Position numbers and translations under genes: made by a program. 64,000 nt of DNA from an uncultured Actinomycetota bacterium (GTDB lineage: Bacteria; Actinomycetota; Actinomycetes; JAFAQI01), in the NCBI GenBank assembly GCA_963770565.1, contig CAVYQE010000002.1, forward strand, positions 352,001 through 416,000, given 5' to 3'. Shown here one piece after another: positions 35,628-47,965 of this stretch (the stretch's first letter is position 1; every line of letters begins with the position of its first letter). A model generated the notes under the pieces. The model made no database searches, was not told the origin of the DNA, and saw only the letters and a list, made by a program, of their open reading frames with translations.

Positions 35628-36594
35628 ATGACGGACGTGACCCTCCACTACGCTGTGCCGATCGAAGCGTCGAGTCCACCCGAGAGCCTGCCCTCGGTTT
35701 GCGCGGTCATCCCCACTCGGAATCGCCCGGAGCTTCTTCGACGCGCAGTTCTCGGCGCGCTCGAGCAGGACTACGCCGGCGACCTTCAGGTGATCGTGGT
35801 CCTTGACCAGGCCGATGCCAACGCCCTCGAGCGACTCCCGGCGTCGCCGCGGATCAAGGTTCTCACCAATACACGCAAAGCCGGACTCGCCGGTGCCCGG
35901 AACACCGGGATCATGGCGTCGACGGCGGATCTCATCGCGTTCTGCGACGACGATGATGCCTGGCGTCCGAACAAGATCGCGAACCAGGTCGATGCACTGC
36001 TCGCCCAGCCGTCGGCAAACTTCGTCAGCTGCTCCATCGAAGTCGACTTCGAGGGCAAGCGGAGCGTGCGGCTTGCCGGAGCAAACCGGATCACGCACGC
36101 AGAGCTCCGGTCGAGTCGGATGTCGATGCTGCACTCGTCTACCTTCCTCATCCGCCGCGAGGCCCTGCTCGGGGACCTCGGTCTGATCGACGAGGGCATA
36201 CCTGGCAGCCACAATGAGGACTGGGACGTGCTTCTCCGTGCTTCTCGCTTGAGCCCGATCGTGCATGTGGATCAACCACTTGTGCAGGTTCAGTGGACGT
36301 CAGGGTCTCACTTCAACCGGGCCTGGGATCAGAAAGATCGCCTCCCTGCAGTGGATACTCGACCGGCACCCCGACATCGTCGAGGAATCACCCAAGGGCG
36401 CGGCGCGGGTTTACGGCCAGATCGCGTTCGCCTACGCAGCGTCAGGCGAGCGTACGACCGCCCTGCGCTGGGCCGGTCGCGCGATCCGGCGGCGCTGGCG
36501 GGAACCCCGCGCCTACCTGGCCATCGCCGTTGCCGGCGGCATCCCCGCCGAAACCGTACTCAGCACCCTGCACCGGCGGGGCAAAGGAGTCTGA
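35628..36594 (+). CDS. GT2 family glycosyltransferase (frameshift near 36332)
   Basis: SVCAVIPTRNRPELL, GLAGARNTG, AFCDDDD, EDWDVLLR; continues in a shifted frame KIASLQWILDRHP.... Confidence 0.88.
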
Positions 36595-36615
36595 CCGTTC
36601 GCGCCGCAGCGGCGA

Positions 36616-36936
36616 CTAGGCGTCGAGCTTGCGGGCCCGCACGGCCGTGCCGTAGGCGCAGATCTCCGTCCAGGTATCGCCCATCTCCGAGGTGTCGAAG
36701 CGCATGCCGACGATCGCGTTGGCGCCACGCGCCGCGCCTCGCCGATCATCCTGCCCATGACCTCGTTGCGGCTGTCGATCATCGCCTTGGTCATGCCCTT
36801 GAGCTCGCCGCCGAACATCGACTTCAGGCCGGCGCCCATCTGCGAGAAGATGTTGCGCGACCGCACGGTGAGCCCGAATACCTCGCCGAGACCTGCTCGA
36901 TCCGGTATCCGGGCAATCGTTCGTCGTGACGATCAT
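36616..36936 (-). CDS. YbjQ/UPF0145 family protein (frameshifted)
   Basis: MIVTTND, VRSRNIFSQMGAGLKSMFGGELKG, GANAIVGMRFDTS, EICAYGTAV. Confidence 0.88.
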   Translation of the reverse strand: MIVTTNDCPDTGSSRSRRGIRAHRAVAQHLLADGRRPEVDVRRRAQGHDQGDDRQPQRGHGQDDRRGAARGANAIVGMRFDTSEMGDTWTEICAYGTAVRARKLDA

Positions 36937-36956
36937 GGCCGCAGAATATCGCCGGG

Positions 36957-37533
36957 TCAGTCGTTGAACTGGCTCTGAGCTGCGGCGAGTCCGTCACGAA
37001 TCAGCGCCTCGACCGCATCGCCGGCCCGCTCGACCACTTCACCGAGCTCCTCTTCGCTCGACCGCCGAGAAGTCGTGGAGGACGAAGTCCGCGGGGTCCT
37101 GCCGGCCCGGCGGGCGACCGATGCCGACCCGAACGCGGAAGAACTCGCCGGTTCCCAGGGACCGGCGAAGGGAACGCAAGCCGTTGTGCCCGTTGTCACC
37201 GCCACCGAGTTTCAATCGCAGCACGCCAGGATCGAGATCGAGCTCGTCATGGACGACGACGATCCGCTCGGCCGGCACCTTGAAAAAGTCCCGCAGCGAC
37301 CCAGCCGGCCCCCCCGACTCGTTCATGTAGCAGCGCGGTTTCGCGAGCACCACGCGCACACCACCGAGATGCGTCTCGAGGACGTCCGTGCGGGTCTTGT
37401 GCCGCTTGAACCGGGCTCCCACCCGGTCGGCGAGCCGGTCGACCACCATGAAACCGACGTTGTGGCGGTTGCCGGCGTACCCCGGCCCGGGGTTGCCGAG
37501 GCCGAGGACCAGCCAGGGTCCGTCCTCGCTCAC
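36957..37533 (-). CDS. pth: Peptidyl-tRNA hydrolase (frameshift near 37065)
   Basis: [47 protein letters not shown]. Confidence 0.95.
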
Positions 37534-37551
37534 CAGAGCCTACGGGCGGCG

Positions 37552-38234
37552 TCAGCCCTGCGCGGGCTCGGCGTCGGCTGCGGCCTCGGCCTGCTCGCCC
37601 GCTTCGTCGCCGGCTGCGGCCTCGGCCTCCTCGCCCGCTTCCTCGCCGGCTGCGGCCTCGACGTCGAGCTCGGCCTCGAGCTCCTCGGCGGTCGGCGCCG
37701 GCACGATGTGAACGACCACCTGCTCGGGGTCGCCCGCGATCTCGACACCCTCGGGCAACGACACCCGGCCGGCGTGAACGGACTCGCCGATCTCCAGGCC
37801 TTCGATCGAGATCTCGACGCTTTGCGGGATGTTGGTGGCTTCGGCCGTCACCGACAGCGTGTTGAGCGACTGGTCCAGCAGGCCGCCGGCCACGATCTCG
37901 CCTGAGACCTGGACCGCGATCTCGACCGTGATCCGCTCACCACGGCGGACGAGGATGCAGATCCACGTGCTCGATCGCACCGCGGATCGGGTCGCGCTGG
38001 ATCGACTTCGGCAGCGCGAGCTCGCTGCCCTCAGCCAGCTGGAGGTCGAGCAGCACGTTGGCACCATCGGTGCGAAGAGCATGCTCGAAATCCCGCGTCG
38101 GCAGCGAGAGGTGGCGCGGATCGGCCCCGTGGCCATACAGAACCGCGGGGACCTTGCCGGCCCGGCGGGTACGCCGAGCGCCACCCTTCGCCGAACTCGG
38201 TTCTGGGCTCGGCGACGATGCGGACCTCGGGCAC
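37552..38234 (-). CDS. rplY: 50S ribosomal protein L25/Ctc (frameshifted)
   Basis: VPEVRIVAEPRTEFG, VRRGERITVEIAV, ATNIPQSVEISIEGLEIGESVHA, acidic tail; AAGGAG RBS. Confidence 0.9.
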
Positions 38235-38444
38235 GACCAGGGCTCCTTGTGGATATTCGGCGGTTTCTGCGCGGTCGAGTGTAGGCGAGATGAACGAACG
38301 TGGCGAACCCGCGTGTCCCGCTAGAACCACCCGCCAGGCGCCGGTTAGGTTGGTTCAGAGACACCACGGTGGCGTCGGGTAGGTATGAGTCCCCCGCGCT
38401 CGCCATACAGGCCGGATCCTCAACCTGTCAGGGGAGCGTTTTCA

Positions 38445-39496
38445 GTGAATCGTGTTATCCGTTCTATGCACCCGCGCGGCGTCGATTCTGCTCATCGGGT
38501 TGGCGCTTGGCGCAGTAGCCGCGGCGGAGTGCTCCAGCAACCGCAAGCTATGCAGCCCATTCCCAACCCGGTAAGCAGAGTTCGCGCGCGGTCGTGCACA
38601 ACACCTGTGCGCGATCCGTAGCATCGACGTACCGTCATGTGGACTGCTCTGGGGAATGTTCGTGCCCTCGCAGAGCTACGGTCCAGTCGAACAGATCCAT
38701 CGGCCGTCGCTTCGACATCGTCAAGAACTACATCGGCTGGAAAGTCGGAGAGATATTTCCAAGCCCCAAGGCGAAAACGCTCGCCGACGGCGGAGCGCGG
38801 ACGCTCTACTTCAGCTGGAACGCGGTGAACTACACCAACCGCTCGAAGGTGACCTATCAGTCGATCGCCAACGGGTCCTGGGACAAATCCGTCATCATTC
38901 CGGAGGCCAAAACGCTGATCGCGTTCCACCAGAAGGTGTTTGTCGACTTCCAACACCGAGTTCGACAACAAGGCTCAGGAAGCCGGCGAGGGCATCCCTC
39001 GGCTCAGTACATCGCTGCCTATCGCCATATCCATCAGGTGTTCGCGAATCAGGGCGTTACCAACGTGATCTGGGTGTGGGTCTCAACCGGCTACCTTCCG
39101 CATCTGCCAGATATCGCGGCGAGCTATCCGGGAGCGAGCTACGTCGACTGGATCGGCTACGACGCCTACAACTTCTCGTCGTGTCACAAGGGCATCTGGA
39201 AGACTCCGCTGCAAGTGTTTCAGCCGTACTACAACTGGGTCGAGAGTCAGCCCGGGATGATGTCAAAGCCCGTGATGCTCACGGAGTTCGCGTCACTCGC
39301 CGGACCGAACGTCGAAGGCGTGGTACGCCGCCGTGCCAGCAGCACTACAACAGCTGCCGCTGATCAAGGGCGCGATTGAATGGAACTCCCAGAAGTCAGC
39401 GACCTGTGACTACCGCCTGTCACAGTCATCGCAGGCCATGTCCGGCTACGCCTCAAGTTCGCTGACCAAGTATGTCTGTAGGCAGCACGCCCTGAC
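38445..39496 (+). CDS. Secreted GH26-like glycoside hydrolase (frameshifted; end approximate)
   Basis: [27 protein letters not shown](xHEFD), [38 protein letters not shown]. Confidence 0.78.
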
Positions 39497-39552
39497 CCAC
39501 GAGAGCTGCAGCCTGGTCGATCGCGAGCGGCCCCGGAACGCGGCGGTCCTGG

Positions 39553-40540
39553 TCAGGCGTTGCCGTCGAACAGGCTGGTGACCGAGCCGTCCTCGAAGAC
39601 CTCGCGGATCGCCCGGGCGAGCAGCGGCGCGATCGAGAGGACGGTCAGCTTGTCGAACTCCTGCTCGGGCGGATCGGCAGGGTGTTGGTGACGATCGACC
39701 TCGCTGACCCGGCTGTTCTTGAGCCGGTCGGTGGCCGGCGCGGAGAAGATCGCCGTGCGTCGCCGCGACGACGACGTCGGTGGCGCCCGTTGTCGAAAGC
39801 AGGTCGGCCGCCTTGGTGATCGTGCCGCCGGTGTCGATCATGTCGTCGATCAGCAGGCAGAGGCGGCCCTCGACGTCACCGACGACCCGGTTGGCGACGA
39901 CCTCGTTCGGCGACGTCGGGATCGCGGCGTCTTGTGGACGAACGCGATCGGCGCGCCGCCCAGCGCGTCGGCCCACTGCTCGGCCACCCGCACCCGGCCG
40001 GTGTCGGGCGAGACGACGGTGAGGTCCTGCCGGGCCGTAGCTTGCTCTTGACGTAGTCGGCCAGCAGCGGCAGCGCGAACAGGTGGTCGACCGGGCCGTC
40101 GAAGAAGCCCTGGATCTGCGCGGTGTGCAGGTCGACGGCCATCAGGCGGTCGGCGCCGGCGGTCTTGAACAGGTCGGCCATCAGCCGGGCCGAGATCGGC
40201 TCGCGACCGCGGTGCTTCTTGTCCTGGCGGGCGTACGGATAGAACGGCGCGACGACGGTGATCCGCTTGGCCGACGCCCGCTTGAGCGCGTCGACCAGGA
40301 TCAGCTCTCCATCACCCACTGGTTGATCGGGCGTCGTGAACGACTGGATGACGAACGCGTCGGAGCCGCGCACCGACTCGTCGGGGCGGATGAACGTCTC
40401 GCCGTTGGCGAAGTCGCGGCGTCGTCGTCGGGCTGACCGTCACGCCCGAGCTCGAGGCGATCTCGTCGGCCAGTTCCGGGTAGGCCCGGCCGGAGAAGAG
40501 CATCAGGCTCTTGCGGCCGGCGACCTGGAAGCGTGCTCAC
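39553..40540 (-). CDS. prs: Ribose-phosphate pyrophosphokinase (multiple frameshifts)
   Basis: [71 protein letters not shown]. Confidence 0.93.
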
Positions 40541-42011
40541 TGCAGTTCCTGCCTGGTCGATGTCGTCCTCGGACTGGGCTGTGTCGGCCTCGTGGGCGTC
40601 GCCGCGGCCCGCTCGGCGGCGCTCGGCGGAGGCCGTTCCGGCGCCGGCGTCGCTCGCACCCAGCCTGCCACGTTGCGCTGCTGGCGCGCGCGGCGACGGC
40701 CAGCGCACCGGGCGGTACGTCCTCGGTGATGACCGATCCGGCCGCGGTGTAGGCGCCGTCGCCGATCTCGACCGGCGCGACGAACATCGTGTCGGCGCCG
40801 GTCCGGACGTGGTCGCCGACGACGGTGCGGTGCTTGGCAACGCCGTCGTAGTTGACGAAGACCGTGGCCGCGCCGATGTTGGTGCTGCTCGCCGATCGTC
40901 GGCGTCGCCGACGTAGGACAGGTGCGGGACCTTGCTGCCCGTCGCCGACTCGCTGTCCTTCACCTCGACATAGGTGCCGACGTGCGCGCCGTCGCCGAGC
41001 ACCGTGCCGGGGCGCAGGTAGGCGAACGGGCCGACGGTGACGTCCGCGCCGATCGCGGCCCTGGTCGCGGCGACTCGAGACCGGTGCGCCCGCGCCGACG
41101 ACGGTGTCGGTCAGCGTGCAGTCGGGTCCGATCGCCGCCAGCCGCGCGATGTGCGTCGCGCCGTGCAGATCGGCGGCGGGAGAAGCGTGACGTCGGGCGC
41201 GAGCGTGACGCCGGCGTCGACCCAGGTCGTGGCCGGGTCGATGATGGTGACGCCGGCGCGCATAGTGCTCGAGCAGCCGGTCGTGGACGCCCGGCGCGCG
41301 GCGGCGAGCTGCACCCGGTCGTTGACGCCGGCCGTCTCGCGCGGCGTCGGTCGCCGCACTCGCCACGACCCGCCGGCCGCGGCCAGCAGATCGATGACGT
41401 CGGGCAGGTACTCCTCGCCCTGCGCGTTGTCGGTGCGTGACCTTCCCAGCGCCGCGCGCAGCAGGCGTCGTCGAACGCGTAGACGCCGGCGGCGACTCGT
41501 TGATCTGGCGGGTCCGGTCGTCGGCGTCGCTCTGCTCGACGACTCGCGCACGACCGGCCGTCCGCATCCGGACCACCCGTCCGTAGCCGGTGGGTCATCG
41601 ACCGCGGTGAGCAGGGTGGCGGCGGCGCCTCGTGATCGCGGGCGCCAGCTGCGCAGGGTCGCGGTGGTCAGCAGCGGGGTGTCGCCGGGCAGGACGACGA
41701 CCGTCCCGGCCGCCGCGGCCGGCAGCGCCTCCAGCGCGACCCGCACCGCGTGACCGGTGCCGTGCTGCTGCTCCTGGACGACGGGCCGCGCCGTCGGTGC
41801 GATCTCGGCGAGGTGGTGCGGTGACCTGTTCGCGCCCGTGGCCGACCACGACGACGGTCGTCGGCGCGTCCAGCGGGGCGGCCGCGGCGAGCACGTGGCC
41901 GAGCAACGACCGCCCGCAGAGCCGTGCAGCACCTTCGGCGTGCGCGGACTTCATCCGGGTGCCCTCGCCGGCAGCGAGCACGACGACAGCGGCAGGCGCT
42001 GTGTCAGTCAC
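40537..42011 (-). CDS. glmU: Bifunctional GlmU (multiple frameshifts)
   Basis: [76 protein letters not shown]. Confidence 0.92.
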
Positions 42012-42158
42012 CCAGGCTCCTGGAACGCGGTACGACGGGGAAGGCCACCGCCGAGCCTACCGAGCCTCACGACCCGCCGATCGAGTCCCACCATCGTCGC
42101 GGCAACCACGGGACGGGGGGCTCAGCGCCGGCAAGGGATATCGCTCGCAGGCTGTCAG

Positions 42159-42231
42159 CTCCCGGAGAGGAATCGAACCTCCATCTCGGTACTCCAAAGA
42201 GTCTCTGTCCTGCCATTAGACGACTCCGGGA
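42159..42231 (-). tRNA. tRNA-Gln (UUG)
   Basis: TCCCGGA...GTCTAATGGCAGGAC...CTTTGGA...GGAGGTTCGATTCCTC TCCGGGAG: acceptor stem, D arm and TTCGA loop present; usual position upstream of glmU; anticodon stem imperfect. Confidence 0.88.
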
Positions 42232-42336
42232 CTGCTCTTTCGAAGCCTAGGTGCTCGGTCGGCTCCGCGCCCGCGCTGAGGCGCGTTATCTGCGCCCGCG
42301 GTCAACCCGTCATGGGCTAAGGGCGAGCAGCAGTGC

Positions 42337-43063
42337 TCAGAACCGCTTCCGGAAGACGAGAAGGACTTCGGTCCGTTCAGCGTCGAGGTGACCGCGGGTG
42401 AGTCGCGTGACCAGCCGGGAGAAGACCCGCCAGGCGGCAGCGGGCATGTGGAGCCGCCGACGAAACTCCTCTTGCTTCATGTCCTCGCGGGTGGACGCGA
42501 ACGCCACCTCGAGGTCAGCCGCCGCCGCCAGCTTCAGCACGGTCGGCGGTGTCAGCGCAAAAGGCAAGGTCGTGGGATATGGGCCCTTGCCAGGCTGACG
42601 GCATTTACTCTGCCGAGGATCCGCCGACGGAAGAACAGATGCAGGAAAAGGGCGTGAACTTCGTGACCAGCCCCTTGGGGCTGAACAGGTTGGGGAAGGC
42701 GAGCACGAGAATGCCACCTGGTCGCAGCGCCTTGGCAAAGCGAACGAGCGCGGCGAGGGGATCATGCAGATGCTCGAAGACGTACCAGCACACAACAGCG
42801 TCGAACGATTCCGGCTCGAAGTCGTAGGTCTCGACGTCTCCGACAATGCCCTCATCGATTGTCGAGTTGTTCTCGATGCGAACCGGCTCGATGTCCATCC
42901 CCACGACGTGCGCATCCGGCGCAAACCGCACGCGCTCGAGCTCATCCGCACCCGGCCTCGAGTACTCGCGGAGCTACCCAGCTCGCGGTTATCTCATCAA
43001 CGGTGTGCTGCAGCCCCGACAGGCAGTCGTCCGCCGGTCGAGCTTCAACGCAAGGCCTTCCAC
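42337..43063 (-). CDS. Class I SAM-dependent methyltransferase (frameshifted; start approximate)
   Basis: PRVLEAGCG, VVGMDI, GDVETYDFEPESFDAVVCWYVFEHL.DP, LRPGG. Confidence 0.8.
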
Positions 43064-43212
43064 TCCCAACCCTTCTGATCTGCCGCGAGCATGTAGCCGC
43101 TATCGTGACCATCCGGGGCACCTGGATGCCGCCTCGATCCGAAGTAGCGGGCACAACCAGGGTAAGGCCACAGCGAACTTCGCGAAGTGAAACGCCAGAC
43201 GCTGTTCTGAGG

Positions 43213-44191
43213 ATGAGCATCACCCAGACAACGACCACTTCAGATCTATCCAGGATCCGTACCACTCGGGCCTCCGGCCACGACGATGACCCGCTCGCCG
43301 CGCGGCGCCCGGGCCGAGCAGATCGTGCTCCTGGCCCTGATCGCGGTGCCTTGGCTGCCGTGGTCGCCGCCGTACCCGTGGCCTGGGGATGGGGGCTCGG
43401 CTGGCACGACATCGTGATCGCGCTCGTCGATGTACGCGATCAGCGGACACGGCATCACGGTCGGGTTCCACCGCTACTTCACCCACGGCGCGTTCAAGGC
43501 CAAGAAGGCGCTCAGCGTCGCACTCGCGGTCGCCGGAAGCCTCGCGATCGAAGGACCGGTCATCCGCTGGGTCGCCGACCACCGCCGCCACCACGCCTAT
43601 CAGCGACCGCGAGGGCGATCCGCACTCCCCATGGCGCTACGGCGAGAACATCCGCGCTCTGCTCAAGGGGCTGTGGCACGCCCACATCGGCTGGATGTTC
43701 GACGTCGAGCAGACGAATCATCAGCGGTTCGCTCCCGACCTGCTCGCGGACCGGGCGATCGTCCGGGTCTCGAAGGCCTTCCCCTGGCTGAGCGCGGTCA
43801 CAGCCTCTTGCTCCCCGCGTTGGTCGGCTTTGCCTGGTCCGGATGGCGCTGGCAGGGCGCTGTGACCGCCTTCTTCTGGGCCAGCCTGGTGCGGGTCGGC
43901 GGTGCTGCACCACGTCACGTGGTCGGTCAACTCGATCTGCCACACCATCGGCACCAAGCCGTTCGCACCCGCGACCAATCGGTCAACGTCTGGTGGCTCG
44001 CGGTCCCGGCGATGGGCGAGTCATGGCACAACCTGCACCACGCCGATCCGACCGCCGCCCGCCACGGCGTGCTCCGCGGCCAGCTCGACTCCTCGGCGCG
44101 GGTGATCTGGGCGTTCGAAAGGCTGCACCTCGCGTACGACGTCCGCTGGCCGACACCGGAACGGGTGGCTGCCAAACTCGCGATCGGCTAG
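43213..44191 (+). CDS. Membrane acyl-CoA (delta-9-type) desaturase (frameshifted)
   Basis: His boxes GFHRYFTH, HRRHH, ESWHNLHH; DREGDPHSPW, LWHAHIGW. Confidence 0.9.
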
Positions 44192-44218
44192 CAGCGCCGC
44201 CGACTACGCTTCACCGCT

Positions 44219-45167
44219 ATGCGTCGCGAGGGCCGTGGCCGGCCGCCCCTTCTGGTCACCGGACTCCCACGAAGCGGCACCAGCTGGGTCGGCAAGATGC
44301 TCGAGGCCAGCGGCGCGGTCACCTACGTCAACGAGCCCTTGAACCCCTCGCGCCCTCCCGGCCACTCACCGGGAGTGCTCGCGGTGTCGCCGGACCACCA
44401 ATTCCAGTACATCTGCGAAGACAACGACGAACGGTGGCTCCCGGCCTTTCGACGGACCACCGAGCTCCGCTACGGCGTCATCGCCGAGCTTCGAAGGAAC
44501 CGCGGGGCCTACGACCTCGCGCGAATGGTCAAGTACGCCTCGGCATTCACGGCCGGTCGACTACGTGGTCGTCGGGCGCTGCTGGACGACCCGTTCGCCA
44601 TCTTTTCGACGAGATGGCTCGTCGAGCGAGTCGGCGCCCGCGCCATCGTGCTCGTCCGTGATCCGGTCGGACTGGTGGGCAGCTGGCGGAACCTCGGTTG
44701 GTCGTTCCAGCCGGACGGGGTACTCGCTCAACCACTTCTGCTTCGCGGATCCTGATTTTGACCACCCCGAGCCGCTCAACTGACATCAGCGGCTCGGACT
44801 CGATCAGGTTGCCAACATCGTGACCCTATGGCGGGGTCGCCTACCAGGCAGTCCACAAGTTTCAATTCCTCATCCCGATATCCGCATGTCTTCTGCTACG
44901 ACGACATCGTTCGCAACCCGACGGAGTCCTTCCGCGAGATGTACCGCCTCTTCGACCTCCCGTGGACCAGCGACGCGGTCGACCGGATCGGCGCAGCGAC
45001 GTCGTCGCTCCTCCCGCAGCGACCGGGCTTTCGCGTGGTCAAGCATTCGTGGGGCGGCCTGTTCCGGATCGGCCTTCCATCCGATGAGCAGCCAGCAGGC
45101 GCTGAGCGCGCAGTCCGGCAGGCTGTCCGAGGCCGACGTTGCGCGGGTGCGCGAGATTCACCGATGA
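44219..45167 (+). CDS. Sulfotransferase (third copy; frameshifted)
   Basis: PLLVTGLPRSGTSWVGKML, YVNEPLN, DDPFA, LVRDP, YDDIVRNP. Confidence 0.8.
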
Positions 45168-45208
45168 CGTCGCTCGGCTTTAAATCTTCTCGCGAGGGAC
45201 CTGAGTCA

Positions 45209-46960
<1,752 letters not shown>

Positions 46961-46988
46961 CAGCAAGTGGTCGGTTTCGACTCGGTCA

Positions 46989-47894
46989 TCAGGCCGCGAC
47001 GATGCGCGCGCCGGCCACCGGCCCGCTGGCCCTTCGGACAGTTCGGCAGACGTCGTAGCCGGCCAACGCCGAAGCGATCCGAATCGACTCGCCTGCGCTC
47101 GCCGCGAGCAGCGCGACGGTCGGACCCGAGCCCGAGACGACGCCACCGACTGCGCCGAGCTCCTGGCCGGCGGCGAGCACCCGGGCCAGGTTGGGGCGCA
47201 GGTGCAGCGCGGGCGGCTGGAGGTCGTTGCGGAGCGCGTGGCCGAGCGCCACCACATCACCGGACCGCAACGCAGCAAGTACGCCGTCAGCCGCTGAGGC
47301 CGCGGTCGTCGAATCGGCGCCGCGCTGGCGATCGAGCTCGGCGTAGACCGAGGGCGTCGACAGGCCGCTTTCCGCGACCGCGAGCACCCAGTGCCACTCA
47401 CCCTGGCTCAGCACCGGCGACACGATCTCGCCGTGCCCGGTGCCGAGCGCCGTACCGCCGTGCAGCAGGAAGGCGACATCGCTGCCGAGGCCAGCTGCCA
47501 GCCCTTCGAGCACCGATCGATCGAGATCGCACTGCCACAGCGCGTCGGCGGCCACCAGCGCCGCGGCGGCATCCGCGCTGCCGCCGGCGAGGCCCCCGCC
47601 GACCGGGATGCCCTTCCGCAGCGTCACGTGCACGGCCGGCTCGATCCCGGCCAGCGCAGCGACCGCCCGGACGGCCTGGACCGCGAGGTTGTCGTCGCCC
47701 GCTGGAACGCCCTCGACGTGCTCGCCCACCATCGACACCGTCAGCGAGCCGTCATCACTCGGCTCGAGCACGACCTCGTCGTACAGGCTGACCGCTTGGT
47801 AGACGGTGTGCAGCTGGTGCTTGCCGTCGGGACGCAACGGACCGACACCGAGATGCAAGTTGACCTTTGCCGGGACTCGCACGGTGACACTCAC
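46989..47894 (-). CDS. ispE: 4-diphosphocytidyl-2-C-methyl-D-erythritol kinase
   Basis: VPAKVNLHL, KGIPVGGGLAGGSADAAA, LGSDV, NDLQ, VSGSGPT. Confidence 0.95.
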   Translation of the reverse strand: MSVTVRVPAKVNLHLGVGPLRPDGKHQLHTVYQAVSLYDEVVLEPSDDGSLTVSMVGEHVEGVPAGDDNLAVQAVRAVAALAGIEPAVHVTLRKGIPVGGGLAGGSADAAAALVAADALWQCDLDRSVLEGLAAGLGSDVAFLLHGGTALGTGHGEIVSPVLSQGEWHWVLAVAESGLSTPSVYAELDRQRGADSTTAASAADGVLAALRSGDVVALGHALRNDLQPPALHLRPNLARVLAAGQELGAVGGVVSGSGPTVALLAASAGESIRIASALAGYDVCRTVRRASGPVAGARIVAA

Positions 47895-47965
47895 CGGAGC
47901 CACCTCACGCGTCGATCGTACGGCGCTCCCGGCCCGGGTCGAGGCGACGCGGCGAGGCTGGGCGG

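Noticed and set aside
36957-42011. pth, rplY, prs and glmU as pseudogenes or programmed-frameshift genes
   Set aside because: Mostly essential genes with intact motifs and scattered 1-nt indels, and no slippery sites seen; sequencing error is the simpler explanation.
42100-42340. Integrative element at tRNA-Gln
   Set aside because: No integrase and no duplicated tRNA 3' end seen in the window.
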